From NCBI GenBank assembly GCA_003552985.1, contig PUPD01000208.1:4227-68226 (forward strand): a stretch of DNA of 64,000 bases. Reading direction: 5' to 3'. Position 1 is the stretch's first letter, and every line of letters starts with the position of its first letter. The notes beneath the pieces were generated by a model. The model was given only the letters and a program-made list of their open reading frames with translations. It was not told the DNA's origin and ran no database searches. A program made the translations under genes and the position numbers. This document shows positions 18,286 to 28,249 of this stretch, one piece after another. The stretch comes from Spirochaetaceae bacterium (GTDB taxonomy: Bacteria > Spirochaetota > Spirochaetia > DSM-27196 > SLAA01).

Positions 18286-18792
18286 ATGATGTGTGTAGGA
18301 TGCGGGCAGGGGACTGCTCAGCTCAAGGTGGCTAAAACCGTCGGGCATCTGCGCGAGGAGCTCTGGTTGTGTGACGATTGCGCGCGCCGGCTGGGAATTG
18401 AGAAGCCGAAATCGGCGTACTCGGCGACCGAGATCTTTTCCGGGCTGTTCGAAGGTGTCGATGACCGGGCCACCGCCGAGCTTACCTGTCCGGACTGCGG
18501 CTGGAGCGCTCACGATCTTCGGCTCCATGGGCGTGCCGGATGCGAGCGCTGCTATGAGGTGTTTGTCTCCCTAATTCGGGAGATCCTCACCAAAGCAAGC
18601 GACACAATCCTCCACCGGGGACGTTATCCGCGGCATCTGCGGCAGATCAAGCGCATTCTCGTCGATCGCGCCTTGATAAAGCGCCGCCTTCACGATGCGC
18701 TGCAAGGCGAAGACTACGAGGAGGCCGCTCGTTTGCGCGACGTTCTGATCCACCTGGATATCGATGCCGGCGCCGGGCCGGGCGTCGACTAA
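18286..18792 (+). CDS. mcsA: McsA-like activator of protein arginine kinase (four CxxC zinc-finger motifs plus UVR motif)
   Basis: CxxC pairs: CVGC...CDDC and CPDC...CERC. C-terminal UVR-like motif LKRRLHDALQGEDYEEAARLRDVLIHLD. Confidence 0.7.
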   Translation: MMCVGCGQGTAQLKVAKTVGHLREELWLCDDCARRLGIEKPKSAYSATEIFSGLFEGVDDRATAELTCPDCGWSAHDLRLHGRAGCERCYEVFVSLIREILTKASDTILHRGRYPRHLRQIKRILVDRALIKRRLHDALQGEDYEEAARLRDVLIHLDIDAGAGPGVD

Positions 18793-18839
18793 AGCGTTAC
18801 CTGAAAGACTGACTGGACGATCAAGCACACAGCATTACT

Positions 18840-19886
18840 ATGGATTATCAATTTCTCAACACGGATAGCGGATGGTTTTCTCGGTCGGGACCGTTGTACG
18901 ACGTGGCGGTATCCTCGCGTGTCCGCTTAGCGCGCAATCTGCACGGCTATCGCTTTCCCGATCGCATGAGCGAGGATGAAGCGGCTGTCGTAGAGCAACT
19001 GATCAGCTCAGCTTGGGTCGAAGAGGGGGAGCCGCAGATGCGACGGCTGTCTGAGCTCTCACCGGTCTCGCGCCGCGTGTTGGTGGAAAGAAATCTAATT
19101 GCTCCACAATTTGGGCCCACCGGCAGCGGTAGGTTCTGTATTGCGGCTGATGAGTCTTACGCGGTATCGCTCAACGACAGAGATCACCTGCGAGTCAGCG
19201 CAATGCAGCCCGGCCTGAATCTCGAACCGGTTCAGACCGTTTGTTCGCGTATTGAACAATTGCTGGATGCGAAGCTGCGATTTGCAGCGGCGCTCGATTG
19301 GGGTTACCTTACGGCCGACCTCACCGACGCGGGAACAGGGCAACGAGTTTCGGTGTTGCTGCATCTTCCGGCTTTAGAGGCCGGTGGCGAGCTGAAGCGG
19401 GTGGTTCGCGAGACAGGCGGAACCGAGATTCGTTTCCAAGCGTTCCCGTTGGCTCATGGTGATTCGCTCGGCTCGGTATATCTGGTCTCGAATCGCGACG
19501 GCATTACGTTGGACGAGCAGCAAAGCGTTGAAAAGGTTGAAGATTGTGCCGCGACGTTGGTACATTATGAACGGAGTGAACGGGAACGGCTGGTACGCAT
19601 CCGGGGTGATGAGGTGCGCGACGGTGTCGCCAGAGCGCTTGAGATCGTAACCCGGTCCCAGCGCCTGTCGGACACCGAAATGTTCCAGGTTCTCTCCTGG
19701 CTACGGCTTGGTGTCGCGGTTGGACTCTATGATGAGACCCGGTTGGAAAACGTGACGGCCCTGTACTTCCTGGGCCAGAGGGCTCATGTCATGAGGCAAG
19801 CCGGACTTGACGATGATGAAGACATTGAACGGGTAAACGAGCAGCGGGCACAGCTTTTGCGGGCTGCGTTCGGCATCAACCGCTGA
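18840..19886 (+). CDS. mcsB: Protein arginine kinase McsB (ATP:guanido phosphotransferase family)
   Basis: 348 aa. Motifs: [17 protein letters not shown] and [14 protein letters not shown]. Its position between mcsA and clpC supports the call. Confidence 0.8.
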   Translation: MDYQFLNTDSGWFSRSGPLYDVAVSSRVRLARNLHGYRFPDRMSEDEAAVVEQLISSAWVEEGEPQMRRLSELSPVSRRVLVERNLIAPQFGPTGSGRFCIAADESYAVSLNDRDHLRVSAMQPGLNLEPVQTVCSRIEQLLDAKLRFAAALDWGYLTADLTDAGTGQRVSVLLHLPALEAGGELKRVVRETGGTEIRFQAFPLAHGDSLGSVYLVSNRDGITLDEQQSVEKVEDCAATLVHYERSERERLVRIRGDEVRDGVARALEIVTRSQRLSDTEMFQVLSWLRLGVAVGLYDETRLENVTALYFLGQRAHVMRQAGLDDDEDIERVNEQRAQLLRAAFGINR

Positions 19887-19902
19887 CTCACGGAGGCTTC
19901 GT

Positions 19903-22458
19903 ATGTTTAAGGGACTTACCCAGCGCGCCCAGAAAGTGCTGACCATACTCGCGCAGGATGAGGCTAAGCGCTTTCATTCAGATCAACTCTTGCCTGAGCA
20001 TATCATGCTCGCGCTGCTCAAGGAAGGTGGTGGGCTCGGGTATAAGGCTCTCGAAAGACTGACGATCGATCCGTCCAAGATGCAGAGCGAGCTGGAGAAC
20101 TCAATTCCCCGCAAGCGGGGCGGGGTCATTCTCGGGGATGTGCCGCCCTCGCCCCGCGGTCGTAAGGTGCTCGAAGACTCGGCTGAGGAAGCACGGAACC
20201 TCGGACACGAATACATCGGAACCGAACACCTGCTACTCGCCTGCGGACGTGAGCCGGAAGGCGAAACAGCCAAGTTCCTGTCAAAACACGACGTCACAAT
20301 CGACATGCTGCGCGATGTGATTGCCGAGCTCTCGGGTTCCACCGGTTCTCAGGGTTCGTCCGGTTCGGGCAGTGCCGGTTCCGGCAGCGGCGGCTCGGCG
20401 GTCGGGCCGCGAATCCCGCAGCAGAAGCGCAAGAGTACGCAGGGGCAGACAAAGAAGACGACGCCTACCCTGGATGAGTTCGCTCGCGATCTGACGCAGT
20501 ACGCCCGGGAGACCAAACTTGACCCGGTGGTGGGCCGCGATCGCGAGATTCAGCGCGTCATTCAGATTCTTGCGCGCCGCACCAAGAACAACCCGGTACT
20601 CATCGGCGAGCCGGGTGTCGGCAAGACGGCAATCGTTGAAGGATTGGCGCAGACCATAGTTGACGGCGATGCGCCCGAAGTCCTGATCGGCAAGCGCGTG
20701 ATGACGCTTGATCTAGCGTCGCTCATAGCCGGAACCAAGTATCGCGGTGAGTTCGAGGAACGGCTGAAGCGCGTGATGAAGGAGATCATCAGCGCCGAGA
20801 ACGTTATCTTGTTTATCGACGAGCTACACACCATCATTGGAGCCGGCGGTGCCGAAGGTGCGGTGGATGCGTCTAATATGCTCAAGCCGGCGCTTTCGCG
20901 TGGTGAGATACAGTGCATCGGTGCGACGACGCTCAACGAGTACAAGAAGTACGTGGAGAAGGACGCTGCGCTCGAACGGCGTTTCCAGACCATCTACGTG
21001 GATGAACCGTCGGTAGAGGAGACGCTCGAGATCCTCAAAGGGATTAAACCGCGCTACGAGGATCACCATCACGTATCGTACACGCCGGGAGCGCTCGAGA
21101 TTGCGGCAACGCTTTCCAAGCGTTACGTTACCGAGCGGTTTCTGCCGGACAAGGCGATCGATTTGATCGACGAGGCCGGAGCGCGGAAACGGATCAACAA
21201 CAGCGTGCGGCCGACCGAGCTGGCGGATCTGGAGCGCGAGATCGAACGCCTGAATACCGAGAAGATTTCGCTTGTGAACTCGCAGAATTATGAGCGTGCC
21301 GCCGCGGTGCGCGACGAGGTTCACAAGCTGCGTGAGCGGGTGGAAGAGTTGAAAAACCAGTGGAAGGTGACTCTGAAGACCGAGCGCAACGTGGTGGACG
21401 CTGAGGACATTCAGTACGTGCTGTCGGAAGTGACCGGAATTCCGCTGTCGCGGCTTGCGCAGAGCGAGAGTGAGAAGCTTATCAGCATCGAGGAAGAGCT
21501 GCACAAGAAGGTCATCGGACAGGACGACGCGATAAAGGTTGTTTCGTCGGCGATCCGGCGTTCCCGCACCGGTTTGAGCGCCCCCGAACGGCCGTTGGGC
21601 TCGTTTATCTTCCTGGGGCCGACCGGTGTCGGCAAGTCGTTGCTGGCGAAAACGCTCGCGGAGTTCATGTTCGGAAGCGCCAATCACCTGATCCGGATCG
21701 ACATGTCCGACTTCATGGAGAAGCACAACGTGTCGCGTTTGGTCGGCGCCCCTCCCGGATACGTTGGATACGATGAAGGCGGCTTGCTGACCGAAAAAAT
21801 CAGACGCAAGCCCTACAGCGTGATTCTGCTGGATGAGATCGAGAAGGCGCATCCGGATGTGTTCAACATTCTCCTGCAAGTGCTGGAGGAAGGCGAGCTG
21901 CAGGACAATCTGGGGCACCGAGTCTCGTTTCGTAACACTGTCCTGATTATGACCTCCAATGCCGGAGCGCGCGAGATCTCGCGCGAATCCTCGGTTGGGT
22001 TCCAGACCACCGAGGGCATTATGGAGTACAGCGAGATCAAGAGCTCGGCCATGAATGAGCTCCGACGGATGTTCCGACCCGAGTTTCTCAACCGCGTTGA
22101 CGAGACGGTAGTGTTCCATAGCCTCGAGCGCGACGAAGTACGGCAGATTCTCGAGATCCTCATCGGTGAGGTGCAGACGCGGCTGACCGAGAAAGAGATC
22201 ACCGTTGAGTTCAAGAAGTCGGCCAAGGACTACATTATAGATCAGGGCTTCGATGTGAAGTTCGGCGCACGACCGTTGCGCCGCACGATACAGCGTGAAA
22301 TCGAGGATCCGTTGTCGATGGAGATTCTACGCGGGCGGTTCGGCCCGGGTAGTCATGTCGTGGTAGGCGTGCGCAAAGGCCAGATCAGCTTCCGCGAGAA
22401 GGTCGTTCGGAAGAAGGAGACCAGCAACGAGGAAGTACCGGTCGCGAGCAATAACTAA
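19903..22458 (+). CDS. clpC: ClpC-type AAA+ unfoldase (double Clp_N repeat, two AAA modules, UVR motif in the middle domain)
   Basis: Walker A motifs GEPGVGKT and [11 protein letters not shown]-like [26 protein letters not shown] sensor. An unusually long Gly/Ser plus basic linker follows the N-domain. Confidence 0.85.
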   Translation: MFKGLTQRAQKVLTILAQDEAKRFHSDQLLPEHIMLALLKEGGGLGYKALERLTIDPSKMQSELENSIPRKRGGVILGDVPPSPRGRKVLEDSAEEARNLGHEYIGTEHLLLACGREPEGETAKFLSKHDVTIDMLRDVIAELSGSTGSQGSSGSGSAGSGSGGSAVGPRIPQQKRKSTQGQTKKTTPTLDEFARDLTQYARETKLDPVVGRDREIQRVIQILARRTKNNPVLIGEPGVGKTAIVEGLAQTIVDGDAPEVLIGKRVMTLDLASLIAGTKYRGEFEERLKRVMKEIISAENVILFIDELHTIIGAGGAEGAVDASNMLKPALSRGEIQCIGATTLNEYKKYVEKDAALERRFQTIYVDEPSVEETLEILKGIKPRYEDHHHVSYTPGALEIAATLSKRYVTERFLPDKAIDLIDEAGARKRINNSVRPTELADLEREIERLNTEKISLVNSQNYERAAAVRDEVHKLRERVEELKNQWKVTLKTERNVVDAEDIQYVLSEVTGIPLSRLAQSESEKLISIEEELHKKVIGQDDAIKVVSSAIRRSRTGLSAPERPLGSFIFLGPTGVGKSLLAKTLAEFMFGSANHLIRIDMSDFMEKHNVSRLVGAPPGYVGYDEGGLLTEKIRRKPYSVILLDEIEKAHPDVFNILLQVLEEGELQDNLGHRVSFRNTVLIMTSNAGAREISRESSVGFQTTEGIMEYSEIKSSAMNELRRMFRPEFLNRVDETVVFHSLERDEVRQILEILIGEVQTRLTEKEITVEFKKSAKDYIIDQGFDVKFGARPLRRTIQREIEDPLSMEILRGRFGPGSHVVVGVRKGQISFREKVVRKKETSNEEVPVASNN

Positions 22459-22517
22459 GCGACCGGTGCGGTTGGGCAGGTTAAGCCGATTACCCCCCCG
22501 ATGCCCATGCAGGAGCT

Positions 22518-22542
22518 ACCGGCGCGCCGCGGGCGCGCCGGT
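22518..22542 (+). terminator. GC-rich perfect hairpin downstream of clpC (11-bp stem, 3-nt loop); weak T-tract
   Basis: accggcgcgcc-gcg-ggcgcgccggt, followed by ggtcttta. The arms are exact reverse complements. Confidence 0.4.
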
Positions 22543-22546
22543 GGTC

Positions 22547-22576
22547 TTTACGAGCCTTCCCGTTCTTCGGTATAAC
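22547..22576 (+). promoter_or_regulatory. Candidate sigma70-type promoter for parE (TTTACG-18-TATAAC)
   Basis: Hexamers at 22547..22552 and 22571..22576. Only 14 nt separate the -10 from ATG 22591, and there is no obvious SD. Confidence 0.3.
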
Positions 22577-22590
22577 TACCGCAAATCACC

Positions 22591-24531
22591 ATGGCGAAAA
22601 AGACATCCAGCAACAGCAAGACATCCGGCAACGGTAAAAAGGGAGCAGCCGGCAACGGGGCCGCTTCCGGCGCTGCGCGTGGCAGCGGCAGCGCCGGCGT
22701 AAAGAGGAGCAACGGCAAGACCGGCGCGCGCGCAGGCACACCCCGGCAGGTCGCTTACGATGAAGCGGCGGTCAAAACGCTGAGCAGCCTCGAACATATT
22801 CGACTGCGTACCGGCATGTATATCGGGCGCCTCGGCGACGGCTCCGATATCGACGACGGCGTTTACATTCTGCTGAAGGAAGTCATCGACAACAGCGTCG
22901 ATGAGTTCATCATGGGCCACGGCAAGCGGATTCTGGTGCGTTATAAGGACGGGATGTTTGCGGTGCGCGATTTCGGACGCGGGATTCCCTTAGGGAAGGT
23001 CGTGGAATGCGTCTCGACGATCAACACCGGTGCCAAGTATAACGACGAGGTTTTTCAGTTCAGCGTGGGGCTCAACGGCGTGGGCACCAAGGCGGTCAAC
23101 GCGCTCTCGGATCATTTCAGGGTAGTTTCGTTCCGCGACGGCAGCTACAAGGAGGCGGTCTTCTCGCGTGGCAAGATGAAGTCCGAACGTTCGGGAAAGA
23201 CCGCCAAAGAGAAGAACGGGACGTATATCGAGTTCCGACCGGATACCGAGATATTCGGTGAGTACGAAATCAACCTGGAGTTCGTCGAGCAGCGTCTCTG
23301 GAACTACGCGTACCTGAACAGCGGTCTGACGCTGGAGTTTGCGGGAAACACGTTCCACTCGGCCGAGGGACTTCGTGACCTGCTTGACGCGGAGGTCGGC
23401 GATGAAGCGCTGTACGAGATCGCCTATCGCCGTGAAGGTCAGCTGGAGTTTGCGCTGACGCACACCGACAACTACGGCGAAAGCTACTTCTCGTTCGTGA
23501 ACGGACAGTACACGAGCGACGGCGGCACCCACCAGAGCGCATTCCGGGAAGGTATCCTCAAGGGTGTCAACGAGTTCTATCGCAAATCGTTCAGCGGCAG
23601 CGACGTGCGCGATGGAGTTGTGGGAGCGATTGCGGTGAAGCTACTGAACCCGGTGTTCGAGAGCCAGACCAAGAACAAGTTGGGAAACACCGAGATCCGC
23701 AGCTGGGTAGTCAATACCGTGAAGAGCGGTCTGGTCGATTTCCTGCACAAGAACTCTAAGGCTGCCGACAAGATCGCCGACAAGATTCAGCGCAACGAGC
23801 GACTGCGCAAAGAGCTTGCGGCAGTCCGCAACCAGGCCCGTGACGCAGCCAGGAAGGTCGCGCTGAAGGTCCCGAATCTGAAGGACTGTAAGTATCATCT
23901 GGGCGACGGAGAAAAGGGCGACGAATCGACGATCTTCATCACCGAGGGACAGTCGGCCTCGGGCTCGATGGTATCCAGCCGCGATGTCTACACACAGGCG
24001 ATCTTTTCGCTGCGCGGCAAACCGCAGAACATGTATGCCAAACGGCGAGTCGAGATTTACAAGAACGAAGAGCTCTACAATATGACCGTCGCGCTCGGTA
24101 TCGAGAGTGACATCGCCAATTTGCGCTACGCCCGGATCGTGATCGCTACCGATGCCGATCACGACGGCTTTCACATCCGCAATCTGCTCCTGACGTTTTT
24201 TTTGAACTTCTATGAGGATCTGGTGCTCGCCAATCACGTGTTCATCCTCGAAACACCGCTGTTTCGCGTGCGCAACAAGAAAGAGCCCCGCTACTGTTAT
24301 TCGGTGACCGAGAAAGATGCCGCCGTGAACGAGCTCTCGGTTCCCGAAATAACCCGCTTCAAGGGGCTCGGCGAGATTTCTCCGAGCGAGTTCGGGCGTT
24401 TCATCGGGCCCGATATGCGCCTGATGCCGGTAACGATACGTTCCATCAAGGGCGTACACGAGACCCTCGAGTTCTTCATGGGCAAGAACACACCGCAGCG
24501 GCGGGGCTACATCATGGAGAATCTCGTCTGA
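22591..24531 (+). CDS. parE: Type IIA topoisomerase B subunit, best read as topoisomerase IV ParE, with a basic low-complexity N-terminal tail
   Basis: GHKL/Toprim blocks: LEHIRLRTGMYIG, LLKEVIDNSVDE, GLNGVGTKAVNALS, EGQSASGS, IATDADHDGFHI. About 55 aa of K/G/S/A-rich sequence precede the conserved core. It is paired with a short A subunit. Confidence 0.65.
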   Translation: MAKKTSSNSKTSGNGKKGAAGNGAASGAARGSGSAGVKRSNGKTGARAGTPRQVAYDEAAVKTLSSLEHIRLRTGMYIGRLGDGSDIDDGVYILLKEVIDNSVDEFIMGHGKRILVRYKDGMFAVRDFGRGIPLGKVVECVSTINTGAKYNDEVFQFSVGLNGVGTKAVNALSDHFRVVSFRDGSYKEAVFSRGKMKSERSGKTAKEKNGTYIEFRPDTEIFGEYEINLEFVEQRLWNYAYLNSGLTLEFAGNTFHSAEGLRDLLDAEVGDEALYEIAYRREGQLEFALTHTDNYGESYFSFVNGQYTSDGGTHQSAFREGILKGVNEFYRKSFSGSDVRDGVVGAIAVKLLNPVFESQTKNKLGNTEIRSWVVNTVKSGLVDFLHKNSKAADKIADKIQRNERLRKELAAVRNQARDAARKVALKVPNLKDCKYHLGDGEKGDESTIFITEGQSASGSMVSSRDVYTQAIFSLRGKPQNMYAKRRVEIYKNEELYNMTVALGIESDIANLRYARIVIATDADHDGFHIRNLLLTFFLNFYEDLVLANHVFILETPLFRVRNKKEPRYCYSVTEKDAAVNELSVPEITRFKGLGEISPSEFGRFIGPDMRLMPVTIRSIKGVHETLEFFMGKNTPQRRGYIMENLV

Positions 24532-26435
24532 TGGCGTACGTTCACACCCTGGTCAATCGCAACTTTCTGGAGTACGCCTCGTACGTAATCAAAGATCGTG
24601 CTATACCGCACCTCGATGATGGCTTCAAGCCGGTCCAGCGCCGTATCATCCACTCGCTGTTCGAGATGGACGACGGCAAGTTCCACAAGGTAGCGAACGT
24701 GGTCGGCCACTGCATGCAGTATCATCCTCACGGGGACGCATCGATCTACTCGGCGCTTGTGGTGCTTGCCAACAAAGAGCTCCTGATCGAGAAGCAGGGA
24801 AACTTTGGAAACCTGCTCACCGGGGACGAACCCTCGGCGGCGCGCTACATTGAGTGCCGCCTGCGACCGCTCGCGCACGAGACGTTGTTGAATCCGGAGC
24901 TCACAAGCTACGAGCCTTCGTACGACGGCCGCCGCAAAGAGCCCAAGGTCTTCCCGGCGAAGCTTCCGTACGTGCTGCTTCTTGGAGCCGAAGGAATTGC
25001 GGTCGGCATGTCTACCCGCATTCTGCCCCATAATCTCTCAGAGGTCATCGATGCGATGCGGCGCTGCCTCGAGGGCAAGCGCTTCGAGCTGTACCCTGAT
25101 TTTCCCAGCGGTGGGCTGGCGGACGTCAGCGAGTATGAGGACGGCCACGGCCGGATTCGCAGCCGCGCCCGGCTGGATACTAGCGATCCAAAGCGGATTG
25201 TGGTGCGTGAGCTCGCATTCGGCTCAACCACCGAGAGCCTGATCGCATCCATCGAGCAGGCTGCGCGTAAGAACAAGGTCAAGATCGCCGGCATTTACGA
25301 TTACACCGGCGAAGAGGTAGAGATCGAGATCAAGCTCGCGCGCGGCGTGTACGCGGCCGAAGTCGTCGACTCTCTGTTCGCGTTCACTGAATGCGAGACA
25401 CAGACCTCGGTCAATCTCCTGGTCATCCGCGACGAGCGTCCGGTGGTGATCTCGGTGCGCGAGGTCATCGAATACCACTCCAAGCGGCTGGTCGAGATTC
25501 TCAAGGCTGAGCTCGAGCTTGAGCAGGACAAGCTCAACGATACGCTGCACGCGCGTACGTTGGAGCGCATCTTCATCGAAGAGCGGATCTACAAAGCGAT
25601 CGAGGAACAGACGACTCACGAAGCGGTGTTCACCGCGGTGCGTGACGGGTTGGCGCCGTTCGTAGCGCGACTGCGGCGCAAGGTCACCGATGAGGATATC
25701 GAGCGGCTTCTTCGGATCCCCATCCGCCGTATATCGCTATACGATATCAACCGCGCCAAGAAAGAGATCCAGGAGATCAAAGCCCGCCTGACCGAGATCA
25801 AAGGACACCTGCGCACATTAAGGCGCTATGCGATCGGCTTTCTGGACACCTTGCAGCAGAAGTACGTACCCGAGCCCGGAAGACGGACCGAGCTCACCTC
25901 GTTTCAGAGAGTTGCGGCACGCGAGGTGGTGGGCCGAAATCTCACGCTGCGTTACGACAAGGACTCAGGCTACCTGGGGCACGGGTTGACCGGCGGGAGA
26001 AGCTGGTTGCAGGTATCGCCGTACGACCGGGTATTGGTCGTCCGGGCAAGCGGGATGTACTCGGTAATGAACGTGCCGGAGAAGCTCTTTGTCGACAGGG
26101 GTATGCTGTACTGCGGCATTGCCGACAAAGAGGAGCTCGCCAAGGTCATCTTAACGGTCATCTATCGGCTTCCCGCCGGAGAGCTCAATATCAAGCGCTG
26201 TCGCATCGAGAAGTTCATTCTCGACAAAGGCTACCAGCTGGTACCGGAAGAAGCGCGTATCGTGGCGTTCAGCACCCGCGAGCGTGGAACCATTACGGTG
26301 CGTTACAAGAAGAAGCCGCAGCTGCGCAAGCTGGAGGAGTCCTTCGATCTCCACCGCTTTACGGTGAAGGGCCAGCACACCCAGGGTGTGCGCCTCACCA
26401 ACAAGGAGGTCACCAGCGTCAGGATCGGCGCATGA
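24531..26435 (+). CDS. parC: Type IIA topoisomerase A subunit, short form (ParC-like)
   Basis: Blocks: DGFKPVQRRIIHSL, HPHGDASIY, AARYIECRL (catalytic Tyr context). At 634 aa it is too short for a full GyrA C-terminal beta-pinwheel. The start shares one base with the parE stop (TGATG). Confidence 0.65.
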   Translation: MAYVHTLVNRNFLEYASYVIKDRAIPHLDDGFKPVQRRIIHSLFEMDDGKFHKVANVVGHCMQYHPHGDASIYSALVVLANKELLIEKQGNFGNLLTGDEPSAARYIECRLRPLAHETLLNPELTSYEPSYDGRRKEPKVFPAKLPYVLLLGAEGIAVGMSTRILPHNLSEVIDAMRRCLEGKRFELYPDFPSGGLADVSEYEDGHGRIRSRARLDTSDPKRIVVRELAFGSTTESLIASIEQAARKNKVKIAGIYDYTGEEVEIEIKLARGVYAAEVVDSLFAFTECETQTSVNLLVIRDERPVVISVREVIEYHSKRLVEILKAELELEQDKLNDTLHARTLERIFIEERIYKAIEEQTTHEAVFTAVRDGLAPFVARLRRKVTDEDIERLLRIPIRRISLYDINRAKKEIQEIKARLTEIKGHLRTLRRYAIGFLDTLQQKYVPEPGRRTELTSFQRVAAREVVGRNLTLRYDKDSGYLGHGLTGGRSWLQVSPYDRVLVVRASGMYSVMNVPEKLFVDRGMLYCGIADKEELAKVILTVIYRLPAGELNIKRCRIEKFILDKGYQLVPEEARIVAFSTRERGTITVRYKKKPQLRKLEESFDLHRFTVKGQHTQGVRLTNKEVTSVRIGA

Positions 26436-26453
26436 GCGACCCCCTGCCGTCGA

Positions 26454-27239
26454 TCAATCTACCAATCGCCGCCGCAGCCGCACGATTGCGAGAGCCGTCA
26501 GCCCGATGATGGCCGCGATGATGTAGGCCAGATCCCACAGCACAATCGGCTCGAGGCGGTCGAGCGCGATGGCCCGCGCCAGGCGCACCGGGTGCGTCAA
26601 CGGCAGGAGCTCGGCAAGCGGCCGAACCGCCGTGGGAAGGCGAGAAATCGGGAACACCACGCCGGAGAAAAAGAACATCGGAGACAGGAACCCCGAGAAT
26701 AGGAAGTTGAACTGGCTGATGTTCTTCACGATCGAGGTAGCAACCAGCCCGAACGCGCCGAACATCGCCCCGGTCAGAAACCCGACCAGCGGAGTCAGCG
26801 CCGCGGTAACCGGATTCAGGATGCCGAACGCCGCGGAGATGACCAGCACGGTGAACGAGAACACCAACCCCTTGGTGCCCGCCCACAGGATCTCACCGAT
26901 GAGCAGATTGGCGACGGTAATTGGGGCGGCGAGCATGCCGTCGTACACCTTGTCGAACTCAAGCCGGATATAGGTGCCGAACGAGCACTCGAACGCCGCC
27001 GTGAACATGGCCGTGGTGACCAGCAGCCCCGATGCAAGAAACTCGATATAGGGGACCCCGTCCATCCTGCCGATGAACTGCCCGAGGCCCAGGCCGATCC
27101 CCACCAGGAAGATGAGCGGTTCCAGAAACGGGGGCAGCGCGTTGCTCACCAGATTCTGACTGTAGACCCGCACGTGCCGGAACCAGACCGAGCCGATACG
27201 ATTCCACAGAGGAGGATAACGAAGGCTACTGGAGCTCAT
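26454..27239 (-). CDS. ABC-2 type transporter permease
   Basis: Six hydrophobic segments. I prefer ATG 27239 (MSSSSLRYPPLWNRIGSVWFRHVRVY...), which overlaps the upstream ATPase stop by 14 nt. Confidence 0.7.
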   Translation of the reverse strand: MSSSSLRYPPLWNRIGSVWFRHVRVYSQNLVSNALPPFLEPLIFLVGIGLGLGQFIGRMDGVPYIEFLASGLLVTTAMFTAAFECSFGTYIRLEFDKVYDGMLAAPITVANLLIGEILWAGTKGLVFSFTVLVISAAFGILNPVTAALTPLVGFLTGAMFGAFGLVATSIVKNISQFNFLFSGFLSPMFFFSGVVFPISRLPTAVRPLAELLPLTHPVRLARAIALDRLEPIVLWDLAYIIAAIIGLTALAIVRLRRRLVD

Positions 27240-28161
27240 TGAGACGCCTCCCGGTGGCCTGGAGGAAGAGATCCTCGAGATTGCTTTCACGCACGATATA
27301 GCTTCGCTGTTCAACGCCGTCGATCAGGCGCTCGAGTGCCGGCATCTCGTCGGCGAAATAGAGCACACGATCGCCGGCATGGTCCTTGCGATAGCCGTTG
27401 AGCCTGCCGTCCCGTTCCACGACCTGCTGCAGCCGTGGATCGCGTAGCTCAAGCACGTAGCGTTCCAGATGCTCGGCAAGCAGACGACGCGGCTCGCCTT
27501 CGAGCAGCTTTCTGCCTCTGTCCATGATCATGATGTGCTCGGCGAGCTGATAGGCTTCTTCCATGTAGTGCGTGGTCAGGAGTATCGTGACCCCTTCGGC
27601 CCGCATGAGATTGCGGAGCTTCTCCCAGATCAGCTGGCGCACCTGCGGATCTAGACCGGTGGTGGGCTCGTCGAGAATCAGCAGGCGCGGCCGGTTGAGC
27701 AGGGCACGCGCGATGATCAGGCGGCGTTTCATTCCGCCCGAGAGCTCGCGGACCCGAGCCCGTCGCTTCTCTCCAAGCTCCATGAACTCCAACAGCTCGT
27801 TGATACGCGCCTGCGCCCTACGGCCGCGCAGCATGTAGAAATTGGCGAAGATCCACAGATTCTGCTCAACGTTCAGCTCAAGGTCGAGATTGTCTTCCTG
27901 CGGTGCAACACCGGTAAGCGCCTTGATCGTGAGCTCGTTTTTGCGGGGGTCGGTGCCGAACACCGACAAGCGCGTGTTCGAATTGGGGTCCGGATCCGCC
28001 TTCCCGTAGAGGACTTTCATCGCGGTCGTTTTCCCGGCGCCGTTCGGCCCGAGAAAAGCGACGCAGGTTTCGGGCGCCACGGTGAAGCTCAGATTCTGTA
28101 CCGCGCGAATGCTCCCGTAGCTCTTGTGAAGGTGTTCCACGGTGATGACTGAACTCTGCAT
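27226..28161 (-). CDS. ABC transporter ATP-binding protein (ABC-2/DrrA-NodI type)
   Basis: Walker A GPNGAGKTT, signature LSGGMKRRLIIARAL, Walker B LLILDEPTTGLD. I prefer ATG 28161 over the GTG at 28179. Confidence 0.8.
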   Translation of the reverse strand: MQSSVITVEHLHKSYGSIRAVQNLSFTVAPETCVAFLGPNGAGKTTAMKVLYGKADPDPNSNTRLSVFGTDPRKNELTIKALTGVAPQEDNLDLELNVEQNLWIFANFYMLRGRRAQARINELLEFMELGEKRRARVRELSGGMKRRLIIARALLNRPRLLILDEPTTGLDPQVRQLIWEKLRNLMRAEGVTILLTTHYMEEAYQLAEHIMIMDRGRKLLEGEPRRLLAEHLERYVLELRDPRLQQVVERDGRLNGYRKDHAGDRVLYFADEMPALERLIDGVEQRSYIVRESNLEDLFLQATGRRLNELQ

Positions 28162-28249
28162 GCCCCTAAAGGTACACACGAAGCCCGGGTTAGAACAACG
28201 GTTTTTTGCTCGCCGGAATGGCCGCCCTACCGCAACAAGCTTGTTGCCG

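Noticed and set aside
20824-22119. A 431-aa minus-strand ORF inside clpC
   Set aside because: It is a codon-aligned shadow of clpC (both frames are 1 mod 3). The clpC sense frame has unmistakable AAA+ motifs.
22591-26435. Calling the topoisomerase pair gyrB-gyrA
   Set aside because: The A subunit is only 634 aa with a minimal C-terminal domain, and I saw no GyrA-box. The pair fits ParE/ParC better. This remains a judgement that a phylogeny should confirm.
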